From: an uncultured Rivularia sp. | Lineage (GTDB): Bacteria; Cyanobacteriota; Cyanobacteriia; Cyanobacteriales; Nostocaceae | NCBI GenBank assembly: GCA_963665115.1 | Contig: OY762007.1 | Coordinates: 6,656,001-6,720,000, forward strand | Direction: 5' to 3' | DNA: 64,000 nt | Shown: one piece after another, positions 45,382 through 57,065 of the stretch | Layout of the letters: every line of letters begins with the position of its first letter | Position numbering within the stretch: position 1 is the stretch's first letter | Program-made: the position numbers and the translations under genes | Notes under the pieces: model-generated | The model's input: the letters and a program-made list of their open reading frames with translations, nothing else | Told to the model about the DNA's origin: nothing | Databases searched by the model: none

Positions 45382-45564
45382 TAAATAATTTTTTTAAACG
45401 GCAAAAACTTAAAAATCTATCAAAATCTATCTTTCACCGTTCACCGTCACGTGCGATTACGGAGCAATATTTTTCTCTTTAACTAAAATGCTTTCACGAA
45501 CAAGCAAGTTTTTTTAAGCAACTATAATTAATTTTATTCAGTAAAAATACGAACTAAAAGCAAT

Positions 45565-47220
45565 ATGCTATCTAAAGCCGAACGACGACTTCCTCAAAGG
45601 ATATTTGGTGTCAAAAGTTTATTGTGCGGCTTAACATGCGCTTGTTGCACTTTGCTGGGTATACCTTCTGCCTCTGCTGCTCAAACAATTACTATTCGCT
45701 TTGGTCCTTACGAACAGTCAGTAAAAATAGCCGATTTAGAAGAGTTTGCCAATACAGGTAAGTTGCCATTATCGCTACAAGGTTTATCTCCTATACTACC
45801 TAGTGGGATGCAAGAATTATTACAAAAACGTTTAGAGATAGATCCCCAAGCGGCCGATAATTTTACAGACGAATTACAAAAAACTTCCTTCGGCAGAGAA
45901 TTTATAAATTCATTAAGAACTGCTTTACCGGGTTCGAGCATTGAAAGCGTTCAAGGTGCAATTAGCTTGGCATTAAGACAAGTTAACGGTTTGAGTGTAG
46001 TAGGTTTTTTACAGGCATATCCCCAAGAGAATGTTACTGTCGATGCGACAAAAGCCATTAGTTTAGCAGTAAGGTTTAACCCCAACCGCTTGGAAAGTAA
46101 AGCTTTTGGTTCTTTACTCGCACGAGAATTGTATGTAAACAATGATTCTAGTTCCGATCGAAATTTTAGAAGCTTCAACCCAGCAACTATTGGAAATCTA
46201 GCAGTAGAAAAGCAAACAATTACGCTGCGAGATCCAAACCGAAATCGGACTATTCCCGTAGATATTTATTCAAGTCGAGTAAAACAATCGCAACAGCCAT
46301 TAGTAGTTCTTTCCCACGGTTTTGGTGCAAGTCGATCGAGCTTAAGTTATTTAGCCAATCATTTAGCAACAAACGGTATCAGCGTCGCAGCTATCGAACA
46401 TCCAGGAAGTAATATCAGCGCAATTAATCAAGCTGCAAATGCATCGGATCTAAAAAAATTAATTAGTCCTCAAGAATTTATCAATAGACCTAAAGATATT
46501 AGCTTTTCATTGAATGAATTAGCAAAACTTAACAATCAACCGGGAAGACTGCAAGGAAAATTAAATACTCAGCAAGTAAGCGTTATCGGACATTCTTTAG
46601 GAGGTTATACCGCTTTAGCGATAGCAGGAGGAGAAGTCAACATCGAGCAACTGCGCTTGTTTTGTAACAAATCTTTAAACATAGCTTCCGCACCCGCTGA
46701 CTGGTTGCAATGTTCGGCAGCTTCCCTATCAGAAAAAAAATTACAACTTCAAGATCCGCGAGTGAAAAGTGCGATCGCGCTAAATCCGATGATTGGTAAA
46801 CTCTTCGGTGACAAAGGTTTAAGCAAAATCAATAAGCCAGTTTTGATACTAAGTGGCACTGACGATTCACTGACACCAGCCCTGACACATCAGATACAGC
46901 CTTTCAATCAATTAGGCGGACAAAAGTATTTGTTAACAGCAATTGGTGGAACGCACCTAAGTATAAGTAACGATAGTTTACCTATCTCAACGACAACAAT
47001 CATAAAAGAGCGACAAGGAATAGAAGCTAAACCTTTACGGGAATTACTTCAAGGAGTTAGCGTAGCATTCGTCAAACAGCTTTCACCCGAAGCAAGAAAA
47101 TATCAACCATTTTTAACTTCCGCTTACGCTCAATCTTTCTCCACACCTTCAATTAAATTGCGTTTAAACTCCTCATTACCAGCAAGCATTCAACCTTGGT
47201 TGAAATTAACCAACAGGTAA
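45565..47220 (+). CDS. Alpha/beta hydrolase with DUF1400-like N-terminus
   Basis: SHGFG, EHPGS, GHSLGG nucleophile elbow, GGTH. Confidence 0.88.
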   Translation: MLSKAERRLPQRIFGVKSLLCGLTCACCTLLGIPSASAAQTITIRFGPYEQSVKIADLEEFANTGKLPLSLQGLSPILPSGMQELLQKRLEIDPQAADNFTDELQKTSFGREFINSLRTALPGSSIESVQGAISLALRQVNGLSVVGFLQAYPQENVTVDATKAISLAVRFNPNRLESKAFGSLLARELYVNNDSSSDRNFRSFNPATIGNLAVEKQTITLRDPNRNRTIPVDIYSSRVKQSQQPLVVLSHGFGASRSSLSYLANHLATNGISVAAIEHPGSNISAINQAANASDLKKLISPQEFINRPKDISFSLNELAKLNNQPGRLQGKLNTQQVSVIGHSLGGYTALAIAGGEVNIEQLRLFCNKSLNIASAPADWLQCSAASLSEKKLQLQDPRVKSAIALNPMIGKLFGDKGLSKINKPVLILSGTDDSLTPALTHQIQPFNQLGGQKYLLTAIGGTHLSISNDSLPISTTTIIKERQGIEAKPLRELLQGVSVAFVKQLSPEARKYQPFLTSAYAQSFSTPSIKLRLNSSLPASIQPWLKLTNR

Positions 47221-47562
47221 TTGGGAATTGGTAATTGGGAATTGGTAATTGGTAATTGGGGAGATAGGGAGAGAATTCTTAACTACTCACTACTCACTAC
47301 TTACTACTCCTAACTCCTAACTTCTAGCTCCTAACTGTTCGCTGTTGCAAAAATAATGCTTTAATAAGCGTGTTATTTAAAATAAGATACCTGTATCATG
47401 TGGGCTGGTACAGGCAATATCTTGTCTGAAGTCGCCGCATCGTGATAATAAAGTTACACGTTGCTTTTTTAATTAAACTAAAAGTAAGAAGAAGTAGTAT
47501 CACTTGTTGATCGCTATTACTTCCTTAAAGTAAATTTCCCTATTGCTGTACAAGGAGCATAA

Positions 47563-48420
47563 ATGGAGCCAATTATTGCTATAGCTTTAGTGTTTATAGG
47601 TTATTCATTAGGGTCGGCAAAGATTATTAATCAAGGTAACGAAGCTTTAGTAGAACGTTTGGGTCAGTATCATCGTAAATTACGACCCGGAATAAACTTT
47701 ATCATTCCTCTTATCGACCAGGTTGTAATGGAAGATACTACACGGGAACAGATATTGGATATTAAACCCCAAAACGTAATTACTAAAGATAATATCTACC
47801 TAGAAATTGATGGAGTTGTGTATTGGCGCATCAAAGATATGGAAAAAAGCTTTTACCAAATCGATGATTTAGCGCAAGGTTTGAATCAAATTACTTCAAC
47901 TTCCCTGCGGGAAATAATCGCTCAGAATACTCTGGAGGAAACTAATGTCTCTAGAGTAGATATGGATAAACAATTGTTGGATAGATTAAATGAAATAACA
48001 GCTGACTGGGGAGTAGAAATTCAAAGGGTAGATATTCAAGATATTACACCTCCCGAAAGCGTGCGGAAGTCAATGGAAGACCAACGCGCTGCTGAAATTA
48101 AAAGCCGTGCTGCCATTTTGGAAGCTGAAGGGGAGCGTCAAGCTGCAATTAAGAAAGCTGAAGGTACTAGCACTAGTATGCAGATTCTTTCCGAAGCTTT
48201 GCGTAGCACTCCTGAAAACAAGGAAATTCTGCGGTATCTAGTGGCTCAAGATTACATTAACGCTAGCTACAGATTAGGTGAAAGCCCTAATTCCAAGGTG
48301 ATTTTTGTAGACCCCGGTTCCGGTCAAAATGAGATTATCGAACAAATAAGCGCTGAAACAGTAGCTGAAGATACTGCAAGAAGACCTAAAAATGGTAATG
48401 GCAATGGTTCGGAATCATAA
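47563..48420 (+). CDS. SPFH/band 7 (stomatin-like) membrane protein
   Basis: N-terminal TM helix, LVERLG, PQNVITKDN, AILEAEG. Confidence 0.92.
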   Translation: MEPIIAIALVFIGYSLGSAKIINQGNEALVERLGQYHRKLRPGINFIIPLIDQVVMEDTTREQILDIKPQNVITKDNIYLEIDGVVYWRIKDMEKSFYQIDDLAQGLNQITSTSLREIIAQNTLEETNVSRVDMDKQLLDRLNEITADWGVEIQRVDIQDITPPESVRKSMEDQRAAEIKSRAAILEAEGERQAAIKKAEGTSTSMQILSEALRSTPENKEILRYLVAQDYINASYRLGESPNSKVIFVDPGSGQNEIIEQISAETVAEDTARRPKNGNGNGSES

Positions 48421-48567
48421 GCCCAAATTTGCATGAATCCGCCGAACAATGAATCTTTAAAACTCCCTCATTGCAAGGAAGTCAATCAATTTGGGAAATT
48501 GGAGGCGATTTATTTTTTCTGATGTAAATCAGCTTTGAGGCTTTACCAATTTTCCCAACTTTGAATT

Positions 48568-49425
48568 TCATCTGCTTTGATTTGGTCGCATAAGGGCATC
48601 AGCGACCATTGAAACATCGCGCATTTGTTCGACATCATGAACTCTGAGGAGATCGGCACCATTAAGAATAGCAGCACAACAAGCCGCAGCAGTTCCCCAA
48701 ACTCGCTCTTTAGGGTCTGGCTGGTTTAAAATACGACCGATGAAGCTTTTACGAGATGGACCAACTAAAATCGGACAGTTGAGCTTTTTAAATTCTGTTA
48801 AACGCCGTAGAATTTCTAAATTTTGTTCTAAATTTTTAGCAAAGCCAATACCGGGGTCGATAATGATGTTTTCCCTTTTTATACCTGCGGCTGTTGCTGC
48901 GGTTATTTGTTGTAATAAAAAATTAGATATTTCTTCGATTACGTCTTGATAATCGGTCATTCGCTGCATTGTCTGAGGAGTTCCTCGGATATGCATTAAT
49001 ACAATAGGCACATTTAAACTCGCAACAGTAGAAAGCATAGACGAGTCAAAAGTGCCTCCAGAAATATCGTTAACGATATCCGCACCGGCATTAACAGCTT
49101 TATCTGCAACAATTGAAGAAGTCGTATCTACAGAAATTGGGATATCGATTTTTGGACGAATAATTTTTATAACCGAAAGCACTCGTTCGAGTTCTTCCTC
49201 TACAGAAATCTGTTCCGCACCAGGGCGAGTAGATTGTCCGCCTACATCGATAATATCCGCACCTTTCTCCGCTAAAGCTTTTGCTCGATTTAAAGCAGTA
49301 GCGGGTTGATCGAACTCACCACCATCGCTGAAACTATCAGGCGTAACATTTAAAACGCCCATTAAATAAGTGCGATTGGCAAAGCCACCGCCCTTTGGGC
49401 GATCGCCCAAATTGAAGTTAAGCAT
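48568..49425 (-). CDS. folP: Dihydropteroate synthase
   Basis: MGVLNVTPDSFSDGG, GGQSTRPG, DPGIGFAK, SRKSF, RVHDV. The upstream extension in the ORF track is repeat-derived. Confidence 0.95.
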   Translation of the reverse strand: MLNFNLGDRPKGGGFANRTYLMGVLNVTPDSFSDGGEFDQPATALNRAKALAEKGADIIDVGGQSTRPGAEQISVEEELERVLSVIKIIRPKIDIPISVDTTSSIVADKAVNAGADIVNDISGGTFDSSMLSTVASLNVPIVLMHIRGTPQTMQRMTDYQDVIEEISNFLLQQITAATAAGIKRENIIIDPGIGFAKNLEQNLEILRRLTEFKKLNCPILVGPSRKSFIGRILNQPDPKERVWGTAAACCAAILNGADLLRVHDVEQMRDVSMVADALMRPNQSR

Positions 49426-49588
49426 CGCTTGCTCCGTTTTGAAATTTAAAAATGAATGGCCATATGGGTAATAGGTAATAGGTAATAGGTAATGGGATGA
49501 ATAACCGCGAGAAAAAAATGTATAACGGGACTGCATCCCACGATATAACTCTTTCCCAATTACCAATTACCAATTACCAATTACCAAT

Positions 49589-50314
49589 TCACTTAAAATT
49601 GACAATTCTGGCGAAACTTTGCGATTCCAAACTTGCTCCACCAACTAAAGCACCATCAATTTCAGGTTGAGCCATGATTTCATCAACATTATTCGGTTTA
49701 ACGGAACCTCCATATTGAATAGTTACATTTTTATTGCTCAAGAGACTGCGAATTAAACCGATAACCCGGTTAGCTTCGGAAACTTCACAAGTATCTCCAG
49801 TCCCAATTGCCCAAATTGGTTCGTAAGCGACGATCAAATTATTTTGGTCAATACCTACCAATCCTTGCTTAATTTGGTTGGTAATTATTGATTCGGTTTC
49901 TCCCGTATCCCTTTGCTGTTTAGTTTCCCCGACACAAAGAATAGGTTTCATTCCGAACTTCTGAGCGGCTTGAAGACGCAGATTGACGGTTTTATCAGTT
50001 TCACCAAAATATTGCCGTCGTTCGCTATGACCGACAATTACATAACGTACCCCAATTTCAGAGAGCATTAAGCCGGATATTTCACCCGTATAAGCTCCAG
50101 TTTCTTCCCAATGAACATTTTGCGCCCCCAACATGACGCGGCCACCATGCAAATTCTTAGACAAAACGTTTAAGTCAGTAAAAGGAACGCACAGTACCGC
50201 TTCTCTATCTTCGGGAGTCTCTTGTAATAGAGGCATAAATCCTTGTAAAAATTCCTCGGATTCAGCCCTGGTTTTGAACATTTTCCAGTTGCCAGCAATA
50301 ACAATTTTTCGCAC
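49589..50314 (-). CDS. tpiA: Triosephosphate isomerase
   Basis: [39 protein letters not shown] start at 50314 assumed. Confidence 0.97.
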   Translation of the reverse strand: MRKIVIAGNWKMFKTRAESEEFLQGFMPLLQETPEDREAVLCVPFTDLNVLSKNLHGGRVMLGAQNVHWEETGAYTGEISGLMLSEIGVRYVIVGHSERRQYFGETDKTVNLRLQAAQKFGMKPILCVGETKQQRDTGETESIITNQIKQGLVGIDQNNLIVAYEPIWAIGTGDTCEVSEANRVIGLIRSLLSNKNVTIQYGGSVKPNNVDEIMAQPEIDGALVGGASLESQSFARIVNFK

Positions 50315-50588
50315 AGGTGATTCAGTCAAGTCCAATAAGCTACATTAATGCAATTTTTAGTTTATGACTTTTTCGGAACCATAACCAGCGAACAGTTAGA
50401 GTCATGAGTTAGGAGTTATAAGTTAGAAGTTGAGAGTTATAAATTAAAAAATATTTATCCTTCGCCTTAATCTCCAATACCCAATTGCCAATACAGATTC
50501 AAAAATCATTAGGATAAAAGAAGACGTAACAAAATTTATAATCTAGAGTCTAAAATCTAAAATCTAAAATCTAAAATCTAAAATTTAT

Positions 50589-52028
50589 ATGACTGAACCC
50601 GATCGCAGTAATTCTTATAGCACTGAAGAACTAGATAAGGCGATTTTTACTTTTGAGGAGATTCAAACCGAACTTCATTACAAACAGGCACAAACGGCTC
50701 TGCGTGAGATAGTGGCGAATCTTGATTTGAGTTTATCAGAAACTCAAGGGCTGGAAATGGAAATCGCCGATCTTGAAACTATGCTCGCTAAGTTGGAAAG
50801 TATGGTTATTCAAATTGCTGCTTTTGGTATGGTGGGACGAGGTAAGTCTTCTTTACTCAATGCAATGGTTGGACAGGAGGTTTTTGAAACCGGACCTTTG
50901 CATGGTGTAACTCGCGATGCTCAAACAGTTAATTGGACTATTAGTGAAGAAACTGTTGGTGAATCTCAAAGTGCTTTACGAGTAACTTTCTCTAGCAGCA
51001 GCGGTCAATCGCGGGTGGAGTTGATTGATACCCCTGGTTTGGATGAAGTTGATGGTGAAACTCGAACTGCATTAGCCGAACAAATTGCCCAACAAGCGGA
51101 TTTAATTTTGTTTGTGATAAGCGGGGATATGACGAAACTGGAACACGAAGCTCTTTCCCAGTTGCGAGAAGCCCGTAAGCCAATGTTATTAGTATTTAAT
51201 AAGGTTGACCAATATCCTAAAGCTGACAGAATTGCGGTTTATGAAAAGATTCGCGATGAACGTGTCAAGGAATTAGTTTCACCGGATGAAATTGTTACTG
51301 CTGCTGCTTCACCATTAGTTAGAACGTTAGTTCGCCGCTCGGATGGTACGAAAGGGGTGCAGTTGCGTAAGGGAAAACCCCAAGTTGAGGAACTAAAACT
51401 CAAAATATTGGAGATTCTGCATCGTGAAGGCAAAGCTCTAGTAGCCCTCAATACTATGCTTTACGCTGACGAGGTGAACGATCAATTAGTGCAGCGTAAA
51501 TTAAAATTGCGCGAAACCGCCGCCGATCGGTTGATTTGGAAATCCGTAATGACTAAGGCTTTAGCGGTTGCTCTTAACCCAGTTACTGTATTAGATATTC
51601 TCAGTGCTGCGACTATTGATGTTTTCTTGATTCTAGGCTTATCCCGGCTTTACGGCATTCCCATGACGGAAGCTGGAGCGATAAAATTGCTACAAAAAAT
51701 CGCCCTCAGTATGGGCGGTATCAGTGCTAGCGAACTGCTAGCAAATTTAGGATTGGGTTCTTTAAAGACTTTGCTTGGTATTTCTGCACCTGCTACTGGT
51801 GGAGCAACGCTTGGCCCTTATCTATCGGTAGCACTCACTCAAGCCGGTGTAGCTGGTGTTTCTTCTTATGGTATCGGACAAGTCACCAAAGCATATTTGC
51901 AAGCAGGAGCTACTTGGGGTCCCGACGGGCCAAAAGCGGTTATTAATAAAATTTTGGCTAACCTTGATGAGTCTTCAATTTTGAATCGCATTAAAAGCGA
52001 ATTGCAAGTCAAGCTGAAAAAAGTTTGA
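50589..52028 (+). CDS. Era-like GTPase with DUF697-like C-terminus
   Basis: GMVGRGKSS, DTPG, NKVD; hydrophobic C-terminal region. Confidence 0.87.
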   Translation: MTEPDRSNSYSTEELDKAIFTFEEIQTELHYKQAQTALREIVANLDLSLSETQGLEMEIADLETMLAKLESMVIQIAAFGMVGRGKSSLLNAMVGQEVFETGPLHGVTRDAQTVNWTISEETVGESQSALRVTFSSSSGQSRVELIDTPGLDEVDGETRTALAEQIAQQADLILFVISGDMTKLEHEALSQLREARKPMLLVFNKVDQYPKADRIAVYEKIRDERVKELVSPDEIVTAAASPLVRTLVRRSDGTKGVQLRKGKPQVEELKLKILEILHREGKALVALNTMLYADEVNDQLVQRKLKLRETAADRLIWKSVMTKALAVALNPVTVLDILSAATIDVFLILGLSRLYGIPMTEAGAIKLLQKIALSMGGISASELLANLGLGSLKTLLGISAPATGGATLGPYLSVALTQAGVAGVSSYGIGQVTKAYLQAGATWGPDGPKAVINKILANLDESSILNRIKSELQVKLKKV

Positions 52029-52270
52029 GAATTTAGGAAGTAGAAAGTAGAGAGTAGCAAGTAGCAAGTAGGCAGTAAGTAAGAGGCTGCTTATATCAAC
52101 TAACAACTAACTCATTTCAAGGAAATTGTTTGAAGTATGAAGGATGAAAGTTCTCAATCCATCTGACTGGTGTAGAGAATAGGAAACGAGGAATAGGGAA
52201 CAATCAATCAAATCATTTCCTATATTATTTCAAACTTCATACTTCATAGTCAACCTTTAATCCTTTATGA

Positions 52271-53923
52271 CTATTTGGTCTTAAAAGAATTCAGCCATTG
52301 CTGTACTTGAGTTTTGGCAATATCGCGAGAGCCAAGTCCGAAAGAAAGGGCAATAGCAACCGCTAAAGCACCCAACAACAGACCAAAAGCTAAATTAACG
52401 ATATCGGGAGCAACACCAATTTGTTGTAATGCCATCGCCGAAACTAAGACGATAATGGCAATTCTTGCTACCTGACCTAAAATTCGAGCTTGAGCATTAC
52501 CCGAACTGGTGATGATGCTGAATGCTAAATTCGCTAAGAATAAACCAACAGCAAATACTACCAATCCAGATAAAATTCGTCCCAAAATAATCGTGATACC
52601 TGTTACCAGTGCTGTTAAAGCTGGAATATTCAGGATATCAATCGCGGATATTGCTGCAAACAGCATAATGCCAATAAAGGCAATGAAGCCGACGATTTCT
52701 GATGGGGTACGAGATGTTGCAGAAGGAACTTGTTCTCCAGTCGCGTCATATACTTCTCTTCTAGCAGGTGCGGGTAAACCCAGAATAGAGAAAATATTGT
52801 TGAAACCGATGCTGGTGAGGATGTTTGTTACCAACTCCGATACAAATCTTCCTAAGAAATAGGCAACAGTTAGAATTGCCCCTGCGGTGAAGATTAAAGG
52901 TATAGCGTTGAGAATCTGTTGCAGCATTGCAATTGCAGGTACCGAGATAGCCTGAATTTGCAAAGTATTCAGCGCTGCGATCGCAACAGGAATCAAAATT
53001 AGGACGTAGACAATCGTACCTAAAATCGAAGATAAAGACTGTCCGCTTGTGGAAGCTTGAGAAAGCCCAAACCGGCTTCCTAAATGGTCAACTCCAGTTG
53101 TAGCAAGCAGATTAGTTACAATTCGACGAACAATATTAGCTGCAAACCAGCCAACTGCACCGATAATTACTGCTCCTAAAATATTGGGCAGAATTGCCAG
53201 AATTTCGGAGACTAAAGCGTTTATAGGTCCTAAAGCCTGTCGTAAGCCTAAAGTATCCAAAACTGGCATCAAGAACAGTAAAAAGATGAACCAGTAAAGA
53301 GCAGTACCGATAGTCTGTGAAATCGAAAGCTGATTAGTACTACCAGCTTCTCTATCCTGCTGCGAGTTTAAACGTTCGTCTACGTTAAAAGCATTGAGAG
53401 CATTGACTACCAATGTCTTTACTAAAGTTGCTACCAACCAAGCAGCCCCTAAAAGGATAGCTGCTCCCAACAACTTAGGTAAGAATTCCCCAATCTGATT
53501 AAGAAAAGAATTCAGCGGTTGAGAAGCTACCCGTAGCTGTAACGTATCTAAAACCGCACCAATGGTAAACAGCAGAACGATCCAATACACCAAGCTGCCA
53601 AGAAATTTCTCAACTTGCAGAGAGTCAGTACCTGTTAATCCAGAAGCAATACGGTTATCGATATTAGTGCGATTAAGCAGCCCTTGGACTATTTTTTTTG
53701 CCAAAGAAGCAATCAGCCAACCAACAAGCAGAATTGCAACCGCACCCAGCAAGCGAGGCAATAAGTCTATTACTTGTGCAAAAGCATTCTGAGCAGTATT
53801 TTGAACTTCCCTTGCTGCTTGATTTGCTTCTAATGAAGGCGACGATTGTGCCAAAATTGTCCCTATTCTTATTGACAGATCCGCACCCGCTACTTGGGTT
53901 ATATCTTGCCAAGTTGAAATCAT
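52271..53923 (-). CDS. Multi-TM helix-repeat membrane protein (CmpX/MscS-associated TM_helix family)
   Basis: Repeated LP.(L/I)LGA..I...GW units; C-terminal ALSFGLGSRD. Confidence 0.8.
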   Translation of the reverse strand: MISTWQDITQVAGADLSIRIGTILAQSSPSLEANQAAREVQNTAQNAFAQVIDLLPRLLGAVAILLVGWLIASLAKKIVQGLLNRTNIDNRIASGLTGTDSLQVEKFLGSLVYWIVLLFTIGAVLDTLQLRVASQPLNSFLNQIGEFLPKLLGAAILLGAAWLVATLVKTLVVNALNAFNVDERLNSQQDREAGSTNQLSISQTIGTALYWFIFLLFLMPVLDTLGLRQALGPINALVSEILAILPNILGAVIIGAVGWFAANIVRRIVTNLLATTGVDHLGSRFGLSQASTSGQSLSSILGTIVYVLILIPVAIAALNTLQIQAISVPAIAMLQQILNAIPLIFTAGAILTVAYFLGRFVSELVTNILTSIGFNNIFSILGLPAPARREVYDATGEQVPSATSRTPSEIVGFIAFIGIMLFAAISAIDILNIPALTALVTGITIILGRILSGLVVFAVGLFLANLAFSIITSSGNAQARILGQVARIAIIVLVSAMALQQIGVAPDIVNLAFGLLLGALAVAIALSFGLGSRDIAKTQVQQWLNSFKTK

Positions 53924-54273
53924 GGTTTTCCAGTTTTAAAGTTTACTGTTATTGCGAAAAACACCTTAGATGTAATGGTGGTTTATTGCCTGAAACAATA
54001 CCATACCCTGACAACTTCGTTTATGTTTTGCAACTTAATTTACCAGTAAATCTTACAAATAATTTATATCAAGGATATTTTTTACTTTTTTTTATTCTTA
54101 TTTACTTTTTTTCCCAAAAAACTAATTTAAATAATTCACAACTACTGATAATAATGTATGTTTATATACTTTCAAGCAAAATATCAAGTAATTCGTAGTA
54201 TTGCTAAAAGGCTTACTAAGAACTGGTTATTTTAAGTTAATCTAATTGCGGAGATGACACGTCTAAATTTGAA

Positions 54274-54726
54274 ATGCCCAACAAAGAAGTTTTTGAGCAA
54301 TCAATTGAAATTAATGCTACATCCACAGTAGTAGAACAATGTATCACAGAGCGCGTTTTAATGCATCGATGGTTAAATCCCGCTTTATGCTGCGAGCCGG
54401 TTGGAGATTGGAGTACGGAAGTCGGTAGTAAAAGTAAGTTTATTATTCAAATACCAGTAATAAAACCTACATTGATTAGTACAGTTGTGGAAAGAGAACC
54501 CGGTCTGATAGTGTGGGGTTTTGAGGGTTATTTTAAAGGATGCGACCGTTGGGAATGCCAGCCAACGAATAACGGAACTCATTTAGTGAATCGTTTTCAA
54601 TTCGAGATTCCTAACCCCATAGTCAGTTGGGGCTTCAAAACCTTCGCCGAGAAATTTACCAAACAAGATATGCAAGCACAATTGCGTCGTTTAAAGCGCG
54701 TCGCAGAGAGTATTGAGGTGCCGTGA
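54274..54726 (+). CDS. SRPBCC (polyketide cyclase-like) family protein
   Basis: FEQSIEINAT...HRWLNP...LRRLKRVAE pattern. Confidence 0.8.
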   Translation: MPNKEVFEQSIEINATSTVVEQCITERVLMHRWLNPALCCEPVGDWSTEVGSKSKFIIQIPVIKPTLISTVVEREPGLIVWGFEGYFKGCDRWECQPTNNGTHLVNRFQFEIPNPIVSWGFKTFAEKFTKQDMQAQLRRLKRVAESIEVP

Positions 54727-54817
54727 TAGGGAGATAAGGGGATGGGGAGATGGGGAGACAAGGGGACAAGGGGACAAGGGGACAAGGAGAATTTTGACCT
54801 TTAACCTTTAACCTTAG

Positions 54818-55643
54818 TCACTGACTTTTCCCCAATTTCGCCAGCAGGTGCCGAATGGTGGAAGCATCTTGTGCGTCAGGAACTTGTAGTAAATAGGATT
54901 TTAAGTCATCTGCGGCTTGGTTGAAGCGTCCGGTTTGATAGGATAATAAACCGCGATCGCGCAATTCTAATGTTGCACTGGGAAATAATAGTAAAATCCT
55001 CTCGACACAGAATAAAGCTTTTTCTGATTCGTGTTGCTTTAGATAAATATATTTGAGGTTAGTCAGCATTCTTGCTAAAAATTGCTTTTTAGCGATTGGT
55101 GCTAAAAATTCTGGCTGTAGTGTGATGTTTTGCTGATAAATTTGACTTAAGCGTTGCTGGCAGTCTTGGGGAAACATTACTTCGCCATTGTTAAAAGCAT
55201 CTACATAGATTTCCATTTCCGAAATATCTGGACGAATCAGAAAATGTCCCGGCATTCCTATACCTATCATCGGGAAATCTATACGACGGGCAATTTCTAT
55301 ATAAAGTAATGCTAGAGTAATCGGAATTCCGACTCTACGCTCTATGACATCGTTTAAAAAACTGTTTCGCGGGTCATAATAATCTTGATTGTTACCTGTA
55401 AAGTTTAAATCATCATAAAGATATTTATTAATGGATTGAATAATCTTTAAGGGATATTTTTCTACTGGCAAGCGTTTCTTCTAATTCGATTGCCATTGCA
55501 TCAAGTGCATTCAAATATTCATCTATATCTAATTCGGAATATTCCTCTTGAGCGATGTATAAAGCTGCCTTTGCTAAGTCAATATACTCGTCAGGCTGCT
55601 GAATCTCATGATGAAAAAATTGTCGCGCTGACGATAAATTCAT
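54818..55643 (-). CDS. SirB1/transglutaminase-like plus TPR protein; apparent +1 frameshift at 55475-55477
   Basis: YYDPRNSFL, GIPITL, PGHFL, ELRDRG. Removing one base joins ORFs 55428-55643 and 54818-55471 (IELEERLPVEKYP). Confidence 0.88.
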
Positions 55644-56094
55644 AAATTTTAATTCTGCGAAACTTCTAATATTATTGATTTAAATCTATAAAGAAATATA
55701 CCTTATAGAATTATCAATGCAGGATTTAGCCGTGAAGTGCCTAAATCTATTTTTTAAATGATAAGAAAATTTTTTAATCCACACAAGTAGTACAAATTCT
55801 CTGTCTTGAGGATGGTTTGGAGCAATTATTTTCGTGAGACAGTGAGAATACAGATAAAATTCATGAGTATTCGTAGTATATCGTACTGTGAATAGCGAAC
55901 GTGAAGAAGTAATTAACCATGTTTTGAATTCAAAATTAAAAATACAAAATTACAATATTAATTTGTAATTATTTAATTAAGGATACAAGCCTCTCCTTTG
56001 AAGGAGAAAAAGATAAAAGAATTATTATGCCGCTTCAAGCCTCAGAGTTTAGGTAATGGTGGTTTTTAATTTTTAATTGATAATTTTGAATTGT

Positions 56095-56196
56095 TTTGAC
56101 CTTGGTTCAAATATTCTAGATGTTTACATTACTTATCTACGCAAATATTTAGGCAGCGAATTGATTGAAACTGTCAGAGGTATGGGCTATAGCTAA
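56095..56196 (+). pseudogene. Remnant of an OmpR/PhoB-family winged-helix C-terminus
   Basis: FDLGSNILDVYITYLRKYLGSELIETVRGMGYS*; no receiver domain upstream. Confidence 0.8.
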
Positions 56197-57065
56197 CGAA
56201 GATAATATTATTTGAGAAAAGTTATTTATTTATAATTGAATTATGCGATCTTATCATCTAGAAGTAACTTAAAAAGCTTGACTTTCAGCAGAGATTTATT
56301 AAAATTGATTCGGGATGTATGAATATTGGGTGCATAAATGGAATTAAATATTGCTATAGTAGGTGGTTTATAAACCTACGACTATGACTAAATTTTAATC
56401 ATAAACATTCTTCTTGTGTTTGACTAAGGTTTATGGAGGAGAGTATTTACAGGCTTTCTTTATAATCAAGTTTCAATATATATATTTAAGAGGATGTGCC
56501 CTAAAGTAAGTTTTGATATCTGTTCTTTTTACCGCAAGGTATTTGAGAAGGGCAGGGCATAACATCTACCCGAGTTATTCATGACGAATTATTTTGAGAT
56601 AAAACATCATCCGCTTACGGCATTCTTTCCTTGGTAAGGAGAGGATTTGGATGAGGTAAAGCAATAATTTTAGGGAGCATCCCGTTGTTGCAAAAGTATA
56701 TCTACAGTCATTCCAATTAATTGATAAGTGTGGAAGCCGAACAACTGCCTGATGTTGTTACGACAAAAATAAGTTTGCACTTTTGGAATGTTCCCGAAAT
56801 AGACGCTATTCAACGGAATTGATATAATAACGAGCGTTTATCCTTATGGAAGGTTGAACATATTCGCTGTCGATAACGAATTCTAGTAAATATTTAATCC
56901 TCGTTCAAAACTTATAAATTTTAAATTTATAGGGCAATATTCCATTCTTTTATAGATCGTAGTGGGAACCGAACATCTCGCTATATATGTCTAGGGAACT
57001 GTTCGCCTTCCAATTTATAGAGACAGAAACTTTCGTCTAAATTATATTATTGAGAGATATATCAA

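Noticed and set aside
49426..49566. N-terminal extension of folP in the ORF track
   Set aside because: Largely heptamer-repeat and intergenic sequence; the DHPS domain begins downstream.
53698..54198. 166-aa ORF and the other antisense or alternate-frame ORFs inside long genes
   Set aside because: Shadow ORFs with no recognisable motifs.
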